Assembly: GCF_009914755.1 (NCBI RefSeq)
Contig: NC_060930.1
DNA length: 64,000 bases
Strand: one strand, 5' to 3'
Source: the human T2T-CHM13v2.0 reference genome, Homo sapiens
The notes beneath the pieces are model-generated. The model was not told the DNA's origin, did not search any database, and saw only the letters and a list, made by a program, of their open reading frames with translations. The stretch's first letter is position 1. Each line of letters begins with the position of its first letter. The position numbers and the translations under genes are program-made. Shown one piece after another: positions 51,201-61,400 of the stretch.

Positions 51201-51636
51201 GCCAGAAAGGTATTAGAAATCTCAAACAGCCTGTGTATTTTATTATTATTATTTTTTCATCTCTCTTTTTTGAGGGGGTGTGGGAAGCGGGTGGGAAGAG
51301 GAGGAGGGTGTTGGTCATGTTAGTTCTAATTAATTAGACTTCCTAAATGTTTAGGACAATTATCTATGCTTTCCACCTGTAGTTCTATAAAAGAAGTTAT
51401 CATAGAACCATTTGGTAATTTGTGTAGAAATGATAGGCTTGCAAAAAAGAAGAGTCAAGTTTAAAAGACTGCTATACAGTGTTTCATGCTTTTAATTATC
51501 TACTCTTTTCTTCATGATGATAATTAGAATTTTTCTCTTGGAATTTACTTCCATCTTAAAAAAAAAGATGATCCACTAGCAAATTTGTTACAGCAGAAGT
51601 GAAATTAAAATAAAACAAATGTGTTGTTGTCAATAG

Positions 51637-51736
51637 GTCACTGACATTGCTGATGCCATGATTCTGAAACAGCTTTTTGAAAATCTGTTCAAAAACGGGG
51701 TCGTCGTTGTGGCAACATCCAACAGGCCACCGGAAG
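51637..51736 (+). CDS. AFG1L: AFG1L exon (probably exon 6), 100 nt, phase 0 to 1
   Basis: Acceptor gtcaatag, donor aag|gtaaaa. Encodes [33 protein letters not shown], with the AFG1 family VTDIADAM and ATSN motifs. Confidence 0.96.
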
Positions 51737-52329
51737 GTAAAAACAAACATTGTGCTAGTCTCATCCAATTAGGTGGAAACTAACAAGCTTTTAAAAATCC
51801 ATAATTTTGAACTAAATGTATTGTGTTAATAAATCTGATGACTTTGCTTATTATTAGTTTTATAACTGGCTTAATCTGAAAAATCAGTTGGTATTTGCAT
51901 TTGAAAAGTTTTGTATCCTTAGCAAGCTAAATCCAGTTGATTCCCATGTTTGGTGCACTTGCTGTTTTTTTGTTTTTTTTTTTTCCCTAAATATTAGATA
52001 TGTCATATGTGCTTAGCAAAAAATACAGGCCTTTTGGACTGCTTTTTATGGCCCATAAAAGAAACTCAACCAAATGAAAGACGAAACTCATAATTAAATT
52101 TTAGAAAAAGACCGAAAACTTGCTTGCATGAATAGTTTCTAATACTTCACTTAAATTATCATTTCTAAAAAAGCACTTGTGGCTTATTAGGAAAGTACTT
52201 AAAAATTAAAATACAAGTAATATTTAGATTAAAAACAACAACTTTAAAATCTTGCATCTTTCAGCCCATCACGTGCTCAGTTAAAGGTCTAAGAAACCAC
52301 AAATATTTCATGAGAGACTTAATGGGAAC

Positions 52330-53345
52330 ATCTTTCTGCCTGGAGTGCTGTTTCTCCAGATATCTGCATGGCTAAGCCCTCACCTCCTTTGTCTTTGCTC
52401 AGAAGTTACGTTGCCAGTGAAGCCTAGACTTGTCTCCCTGTTTGAACCTGCAACACATCCCTTTCTTCTTGGTGCTGCTTCCCTTTACCCTGCTCTCTCT
52501 TTTACCCATAGCACTATGGACCTACCATATAATTTACTTATTTATTATATTTATAGTTTATTGTCTGTTCCCTTCCAGGATACAAAAGCTTCATGAGGGC
52601 AGTGATTTTTATCTCTCCTGTTCTCAGATGTGTTCTCAGCACCTATAACAGTGTCTTACACATAGATGGTTCTCAGTAAATAGTCTTAGAATGAACATTG
52701 GATGATTGCATGTTTTAAAAAGATCTCTCTGGCTGCAGTGTTGAGAATAGAGTGTGGGTATGGGGTTTCAGGGTTAGAAGTAAGGAGACCTTTTAGGAGA
52801 CTACTGCAGCAATCCCAAGGGGAGGGGAGGTGATGGAGCAGTAAAGTGGTGAGAAGAGGGCAGGTTCTGGATGTACTATATAGGCAGAGTCAGCAGGATT
52901 TACTGATGGAATGGAGCTAGAGTATGAAAAAAGAGAGAGGGATCAAGAGTAACTCAAAGGTTTTGGCCTGAGCAATTGGAAGGATAAAGTTGCTGTTTAC
53001 TGAGATGGGGAAGACTACAGAAAAAGCAGATTTGGTTAGGGAGGTGGAGGTAGGGGTTTCTGTGGTGACAAGGGGGATGCATATAAGAGTTTGGACTTCA
53101 TTGGAAAAGTCTGGGCTGGAGATATACATTTGGAAGTTATCAGTCCTCAAGGAGGCAGGAAAGAGCAGCTGGTGAGGTAGGAGGAGAACCAGGAGAGTGT
53201 CAAGTGAGGAAAAGAAAAGTAGTACAAAAAGAATTGATGATTACTTCTGTTAAGTGCTGCTACAAGCTGAAAATGAGGTTGAGAATTAACCATTGCAATT
53301 AGTAACATGGAATTCATTAGTGAGTCTGAAAAGAGTAATGCCATA
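52330..53345. mobile_element. L2 fragments in both orientations
   Basis: L2 3' end (cttcatgagggcag...ctcagtaaatag) then antisense L2 (ggcctgagcaattggaaggataaagttgctgtttactgagatgggg). Confidence 0.65.
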
Positions 53346-55017
53346 GTGGGAACTTTTTTTTTAAAGTAAGCTATGCCACATTGATGGTGTATATTGAATT
53401 TTAAATTGCTAACAGACCCAGATCTTACTATGTAGCCTGCTGTGAAACTAGGTCTCTCTCATTCTATGTTTGTGTAGTGGATTTCTTTTTCTTCTATTAC
53501 ATTTCAGCTTATTAGTCTTATGTTGTTCCATTTTATTGATTTTTATTGAAGTATTTTTTATTTTTATTTTTGTTTTTTGTTTTTATTTATTTATTTTTGT
53601 TTTGCAAATGGAGTATGTTTGAAGTATTTTTGAAGTATGATTCTAATATAATTTTTTTTTGGCTATCCCTACTATGACATTTATACATTTGATAATCATA
53701 TTTCTATGTCTTTAGCCATTCCTTAATTAAAATGTGTAAATCAGATAGGACTAAATTAAGTTACTTGTTGCATACCACTGGAGGCCTTATCTTAGGAAGA
53801 CATCAATTAACTAATCAACACCTTTTGGATCCAGTTATTCAAACAATTATAGTCATACCTCATCCATTGTACTACAAAAGAATTATGAGTGATTTTGCAG
53901 ATGTACTTATTAAAATCCATATAATGTTATATACAGCATTCTTGTGATTAACTAGTGTTAGCCACCCTATGAGCCAAGGGAGTGAGCTTTTTAATATTAG
54001 ATCTTCTATCTAGGTGGAAGTGAAACTTGTCTCTACTACAGCTGATGTGTTGATTTGACAGTGGCATCAGTATTACCTTTAGACATTCAGTGACAAGCTA
54101 TGCTCGTAAATAGCAAAGAGCTAGAACAATTTTGGAAGCCCTTTAGCAAAGACTGCTGAAAGGATAATTAGGCTGCTCAGACTATGGCAGTGTGGTTAAC
54201 TAACTGAGGAAGGACAGCCACCAGGAGGGATTAAGGAATGTTTTGCAGCTCCTAGCTTTGTAGGAGTGAACAAAGCTACCGGTGTGTCAGGGTAGCCTGC
54301 AGAAATCTGAGCTGGAGCCACCCTTCTGGAGAAGACTGTAAGTTCAAGATGCGGAATTGCAAAAATTGGACAAACTTAGAGAAAGCCTTTTCTAAATATA
54401 AACAGTGGAAGGAATGGGATGCTTGTCACAGACCAGGTTTTTTAGCCACAGCAGACAATCATCATAAATAACTTAATATTTTAAAGTAATGAAGATGACA
54501 TGTATATGTGTGCGTGTGTGTGTGTATAATTTTATTTGTGGAGAAAAAGACTCAGAGAGACTAAGCATATCAGGAAGAGGTAAAACTGTAAGACGAAGAA
54601 TGAAGCAGTGATTGCCAAGGTCCAGGGTGAGGAGGTGTTTGACTACAAAGGGGCAGGCTCAGGATGCAACTGCTGCATCCAGATTGTAGTGGTGGTTACA
54701 TGTGCTAAAAACTCATAGAACCGTAGGCCAAAAAAGTTACATATTATAAGTAAATTAAAAACAAATCACATGGATAGTGAATGACAGAACAAAGACTAGA
54801 ACTTAGGTTTTGTGACTCTTTTTACACATTGTTTTCTATCTTTTTGCCTTATGGTCATCACTGATCTCTGTCTATCCTGTCCTAGAGAAAGAACGTCCTT
54901 TTCTTAAAACAGCAGCTCAAAGTACTGTATTAAAAAAAGGTGGGAGGGGGAGAAGAAAATAAAGAAGAGTGTCCTCTTTTCCAGCCATCAAAATGCGTTC
55001 AACTTTTTTTAGGTCAC

Positions 55018-55315
55018 AATTTTTTTTTTTTGGAGACGGATCCTTGCTCTGTCGCCCAGACTGGGGTGCAGTGCGCGATCTTGGTTAACTGCAACCTCTG
55101 CCTCCTGGGTTCAAGCAGTTCTCCTGCCCCAGTCTCCCAAGTAGCTGGGATTACAGGCACCCACCACCATGCCCAGCTAATTTTTGGTATTTTTAGTAGA
55201 GACAGGGTTTCACCATGTTGGCCAGGCTGGTCTTGAACTCCTGACCTCAGGTGATACACCTGCCTCGGCCTCCCAAAGTGCTAGGATTACAGGCGTGAGC
55301 TACTGCACCCAGCCC
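55018..55315 (-). mobile_element. AluS
   Basis: Alu consensus. Confidence 0.88.
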
Positions 55316-55324
55316 CAGATTGAT

Positions 55325-55348
55325 CTGGCTGGCTGGCTGGCTGGCTGG

Positions 55349-55396
<48 letters not shown>
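55325..55396. repeat. Compound tetranucleotide STR (CTGG)6(CTAT)12
   Basis: Counted directly from the sequence. Confidence 0.95.
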
Positions 55397-55400
<4 letters not shown>

Positions 55401-55439
55401 TAAAATAGAACCAACTTCTTAGACTGCTACAAGAGCTGG

Positions 55440-56190
55440 CAGAGGGTTGAGGCAAAGCTGAGTGGCTGGAGAAATGACCCATTTGAGGTAGCCAGTGGGG
55501 CTAGAGTGGAGAGTGAGGGGGAGAAGGATGCAGTAAGGTACAAGTTGAATCTGTAGAGGAAAGAGCTAAACCTTTTAGCGTAATAAGGATTTTGGATTTT
55601 ATTCTAAGAGAAACGCTAAGCCACTGAAGCTTATCTTAAGCAGGGACTGATGTGATCTGAGTTGGAAATATCCTTCTGGCTGTAGTTTGGAGAATAGGTT
55701 ACTAGATGGGGTATAGTAATATGATGCATGCAGGGAGACATATTAGGAAGCTGTTGTAGCACACTAGACAAGAAATGATGATACCTTGGTATAAGGGTAT
55801 AAGGCAGTGATTTTCAGTGAGGGGCCTCTTTTGCTCACTAGGGAATATTTGGTAACATCTGAGACATTTTTGGTTGTCTCACCTGGTGGAAGAGGGCTGC
55901 TACTGGCATCTAGTAGGTAAAGGCCAGGAATATAGCCAAAGTATCCTATAATTTAACCCCTGCAACAAGGAATTATGTAGCCTGGGTTAAGAAACCCAGG
56001 TACAAGGTGATGGCAATGGATATGGAGAGAAGGATAGATTTGAGAGAGATTTAGGGGGTGAAGTAGACAGCACTTGGATATAGGTTGGATACTGAGGAAA
56101 AAGGAAAGGACACTTTCTAATTTTCTGGCTTGTACAGCTGGGTGAATGGTGTGTCTGCCATTCAACAGAGACAGAAAACTAGAGGTTAGG
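55440..56190. mobile_element. L2 fragment with MER20 insertion (~55805-56000)
   Basis: MER20 tttggtaacatctgagacatttttggttgtc...gctactggcatctagtaggtaaaggccagg. Confidence 0.65.
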
Positions 56191-56579
56191 AGTCTAGAAC
56201 ACGCATTTTCTTTTTTTCCTCTCTCTATTAATCGTTTAGCCCCTCTGATTAATTCCTTCTGCTTCATTCATCTCATTCCCTCCATTTCTAGTTATAATGC
56301 TTTGGTAATTGGTGGTCATGTAAAGCAACACCAAGTTTAGGAACCTAAGAGAGTAAATAGCTGTGGAGTGGAGTGTCTTGGAAGGTCTTGTGGAAGACAA
56401 GGGGAAGTCATACTTGAGGCGGGTGGAGGGAATAAGGTACCAAAGACTGCTTTCCTGCACTTCACTGTTTTTTCTAGCCCTAACTTCCAGTTCATGCCTT
56501 GTTTGGGTCCAAGGCCTCACCCTCTGTACACCATGCAGCTGTTAAAACCCCAAATCAGTATAAGCTTGTGATTACTACT

Positions 56580-57467
56580 TTATTTTTTGTTTTGTTTTAT
56601 TTTTGTTTTGTTTTGTGACAGTCTCACTCTGTCACCCAGACTGGAGTGTAGTGGTGTGATACCACTACAAGACACTAGAAATGTTGTTTAAAATAAACTA
56701 AACAGGCTGGGTGTAATGGCTCATGCTTACAATCCCAGCTTTTTGGGAGGCCTAGGCAGGAAAATTGCTTGAGCGCAGGAGTTTGAGACTAGCCTGGGCA
56801 ACATAATGAGACCCTATCTCTATAAAAAATTTAAAATGAGTTGGGCCTGGTGGCAAGTGGTACTGCTCACTGCATCCTCGACCTCCTGAGCCCAAGTGAT
56901 CCTTCTGCCTTAGCCTTGTGAGTAGCTTGGACTACCAGGCCAAGCAAATTTTTAAATTTTTTGTAGATCTCCCTATGTTGCCCAGGCTGGTCTCAAACTC
57001 CTGTGCTGAAACTATTCTCCCACCTTAGCCTCCCAAAATGTTGGGATTATAGGCTTGAGTCCCTGTGCCTGGCATGATTACTATTTTAGTTTTTAGCTTT
57101 CTCTTTGTTTTTTGGTCTCTAGGGATTTTCCTTTCTGGCAGTCTCAAAATGTTTATTAAATTTAATTAACTAATTATTTATTTTTAGAGACAGAGTCTTA
57201 CTCTGGCCCAGGCTGGAGTGCAGGGGTATGATTATGGCTTGCTGTAACTTTGAATGTGTGGGCTCAAACCATCCTCCTGCCTCAGCCTCCTGAGTTGCTA
57301 GGACTACAGGCATGTACCACTGTGCCCAACTAATTTTTAATTTTTTTTGTAGAGTTAGGGTCTCATTATGTTGCCCAGGCTAGTCTCAGACTCCTGGGCT
57401 CAAGTAGTTCTCCCTCCTAGTCCTCCCAAAAGGCTGGGATTATAAGCATGAGCCATCACGCCCAGCC
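56580..57467 (-). mobile_element. Two AluJ (56580-57073, 57175-57467); the first carries an inverted insert copied from the second
   Basis: See finding at 56647-57498. Confidence 0.8.
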
Positions 57468-57674
57468 TGTTTAGTTTATTTTAAATAACATTTCTAGTAG
57501 TAGTACTATTATGTATGTATATATATATATATTTCACTTTATATAAATTATGTAAATTCACTTTTTTTCATTTATTTCAAATATGTGATGACATAACTAT
57601 AAAATTAACATTTGGTTATTTTCTTTATTTTTTAAATTTATTTTTATTTTTTGCTAGGAAAAGATTTTTATTTT

Positions 57675-58406
57675 ATTTTTTTACTTACCAAATAGTTTTA
57701 TATTTTAGCTATGAAGGTCAATTACCAGAGCCAAACTTGTTCTTTTTTTTTTTTTTTGAGACAGAGTCTTGCTCTGCCATCCAGGCTGGAGTGCAGTGGT
57801 GTAGTCTTGGCTCACTGCAACCTCCGCCTCCTGGGTTCAAGCGCCTCTCCTGCCTCAGCCTCCTGAGTAGCTGGGATTACAGGCACGCACTACCATGCCT
57901 GGTGAATTTTTGTATTTTTAGTAGAGATGGGGTTTCACTATGTTGGCCAGGCTGGTCTCAAACTCCTGACCTTGTGATCCGCCCACCTCGGCCTCCCAAA
58001 GTGCTGGGATTACAGGTGTGACCCACTGTACCTGGCCCAAACTTGTTCTTAACAAGTAAAATTGTTATGTCCATTAAGTCAAAGAGTCTCTTAAACCTTT
58101 CTGGGCCTATTTACTTGCAGAGAGGAGTAGAAACTGTAACCAGGTTCTTCATGTCATGCATTCACATGTGATGCCCAATCTTCATATGCTGTCCAGTTTC
58201 TTTAAGATAAAAAGAGTGATTCTCAGCAGGGCCATGTACAGGAGGAAGTTCTATATGGAGGAGAACACATCCTCATGCATCTTCTCTTTCACCTCCTCCA
58301 GGTCCAGCTTTGGCATGAGGCCCTCCATCCAGAACATCATGGTCTGACTCAGCATATGCCATGCTCTGCTCTTCTCAGTGGTTGCCTTGTGCCCAGAACT
58401 CAGCCT
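57675..58406 (-). pseudogene. Processed pseudogene of TOMM5 (CDS-equivalent 58182-58337)
   Basis: Minus strand reads [50 protein letters not shown], colinear with 51-aa TOMM5 ([51 protein letters not shown]). Premature TAG at 58251-58253. An Alu interrupts the 3' UTR. Candidate TSD agatttttatttt at 57662-57674 and 58407-58419. Confidence 0.9.
57742..58037 (-). mobile_element. AluS inserted in the TOMM5 pseudogene 3' UTR
   Basis: TSD aaacttgttct on both flanks. Confidence 0.9.
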
Positions 58407-58419
58407 AGATTTTTATTTT

Positions 58420-61400
58420 TATTTATTTTTGTTTTTTACTTTTTTATTTTTCAACTTCTGTCTTAGATTCAGGGGGTACATGTGCAGGTTTGTTACCTAT
58501 ATATATTGCATGATGCTGAAGTTTGGGGTACAAATGATCCCATCACCTAGGTACTGAGCATAGTATCTAACAGTTAGTTTTTCCACCCTTACCCACTTCT
58601 ACCCTTCCCCTCTAGTAGTCCCCCGTGTCTATCATTCCCATCTTTATGTCCATGAGTACCCGATGTCTAGCTCCCACTCATAAGTGAGAACATGTGGTAT
58701 ATGGTTTTTTTGTTCCTGCATTAATTCATTTAGGCTAATGGCCTCGAGCTGCATCCATGTTGCTGCAAAAGACATGATTTCATTCTTTTTATGGCTGTGT
58801 AGTACTCCTTGGTGTATATGTACCACATTTTCCTCATCCAGTCGTCATTAATGGGTACCTGGGTTGATGCTATGACTTTGCTATTGTGAATAGTGCTGTG
58901 ATGAATGTGCAAATGCATGTCTTTTGGTAGAATGATTTGTTTTCTGTTGGATAGACACCCAGTAATGGGATTGCTGGGTCAAATGGTAGTTCTGAGATTT
59001 TTTTTTTTTTTTTTTGAGATGGAGTCTAGCTTTGTTACTCAGGCTGGAATGCAGTGACATGATCTCGGCTCTGCCTCCCAGGTTCAAGTGATTCTCCTGC
59101 GTCAGCCTCTCGAGTAGCTGGGACTACAGGCATGCGCCACCATGCCCGGCTAATTTTTGTAGTTTTAGTAGAGATGGGGTTTCACCATATTGGCCAGACT
59201 GGTCTCGAACTCCTGACATCAAGTGATCCACTTGCCTCGGCCTCCCAAAGTGGTGGGATTACAGGCGTGAGCCACTGCGCCTGGCCGGTAGTTCTGTTTT
59301 AAGTTTTTTGAGATGTCTCCAAACTGCTTTCCACAGTGGCTGAACTAATTTACATTCCCACCAATGGTGTATAAGCATTCCCTTTTCTCCACAGCCTCAC
59401 CAGCATCTGTTATTTTTTACTTTTTAATACAAGCCATTCTGACTGGTGTGAGATGGTATCTCATTGTGGTTTTCATTTGTGTTTCTCTCGTGATTGGTGA
59501 TGTGGATTTTTTTTTATATGTTTGTTGGCCACTGTGTGTCTTCTTTTGAGAAGTGTCTGTTCATTTCTTTTGCCCATGTTTTAATGGAGTTATTTGTTTT
59601 TTGCTTGTTCAGTTGTTTAATTTGCTTATAGATTCTGGATATTAGACCTTTGTCAGATGCATAGCTTGCAAATATTTTATCCCTTTCTGTAGGTTGTCTC
59701 TTTACTCTGTGGATAGTTGCTTTTACTGTGCAGAAGTTCTTTAGTTTAATTAGGCCTTACTTACAAATTTTTGTTTTTGTTGCAATTGTTTTTGAGGACT
59801 TAGTAATAAATTGTTTCCCAAGACTGATATTCAGAATGGTGTTCCCTAGATTTTCATCTAGGATTCTTATAGTTTGAAGTCTTACGTTTAAATCTTTGAT
59901 TCATCTTGAGTTAATTTTTGCATATGGTGAAAGGTCCAGTTTCATTCTTCGGCATATGGCTAGCCAGCTATCCCAGCATCATTTATTGAATAGGGAGTCC
60001 TTTCCCCATTGCTTATTTTTGTCAACTTTGTTGAATATCAAATGGCTTTAGGTGTATAGCTTTATTTCTGTGTTCCTTATTTCATTCCATTGGTCTATAT
60101 GTCTGTTTTGGTACCAGTACCATGCTATTTTGGTTACCATAGCCTTATGGTATAGTTTGAAGTTGGTTAATGTGATGCCTTTGGCTTTGTTCCTTTTGTT
60201 TAGGGTTGCTTTGGTTATTTTGGCTCCTTTTTGGTTCCATATGAATTTTAGAATAGTTTTTTCCAAATCTGTGAAAAATGACATTGGTAGTTTGATAGGA
60301 ATAGCATTGAATTCATAGATTGCTTTGGGCAGTATGGCCATTTTAATGACATAGATTCTTCCAATCCATGAGCCTGGAATATTTCTCCATTTCTTTGTGT
60401 CGTCTATGTCTTTTAGCAGTGTTTTGTAGTTCTCCTTGTAGAGATCTTTCTCCTCCTTGGTTAGATGTATTCGTAGGCATTTTTTGTGTGTATGGCTATT
60501 ACAAATGGGATTGCATTCTTGATTTGGCTCTCAGTTTGAATGTTATTGGTGTATAGAAATGCTACTGATTTTTATATATTGATTTTGGTATCCTGAAACT
60601 TTCCTGAAGTTATTTATTAGTTCCAGGAGACTTTTGATGGAGTCTTTAGAGTTTTCAAGGTATAGAATCATACTGTCTGTGAAGAAAAATAGTTTGATTT
60701 CTCCTTTTCCAATTTGGATTCCTTTTATTTCTTCCTCTTGCCTGATTGCTCTGGCTAGCACTTACAGTACATGAATAGGAGTGGTGAGAGTGGACATCCT
60801 TTCTTATTCCAGTTCTCAAAGGGAATGCTTCCAGTTTTTGCCCATTTAGTATGATGTTGGCTGTGTTTATGTCATAGATGGCTCTTATTATTTTTTAGGT
60901 GTGTTCCTGCGGTGTCTAGTTTCTTGAGGGTTTTTATCATGAAAGGATGTTGGATTTTACTTAAAACTTTTTCTGCATCTATTGAGATGATTCTATGGTT
61001 TTTGTTTTTAATTCTGTCTATGTGGTGAATCACATTTATTGATTTGTGTATGTTGAACCAACCTTGCATCCCAGGACTGAGGCCTACTTGATTATCATGA
61101 ATTAACTTTTTTTGGTGTGTTGTTGAATTCAGTTTTCTAGTATTTTTTGAGGATTTTGGTATCTGTGCCCATCAGGGATATCAGCCTTTTTATTGTCTCT
61201 TTGCCAGGTTTTGGTACTAGGGTGATACTGGCTTTGTAGAATGAGTTAGGGAGGAGTCTCTCCTCAGTTTTTTGAAATAGTTTCAGTAGAATTGGTACCG
61301 GCTCTTCTTTGTATGTCTGGTAGAATTTGTGTGAATCCATTTCTGGTCTAGGGCTTTTTTGGATTAGTAGGTTTTTAATTATTGATTCAATTTTGGAACT

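Noticed and set aside
57515-58021. 168-aa ORF
   Set aside because: T-rich low-complexity sequence plus antisense Alu translation.
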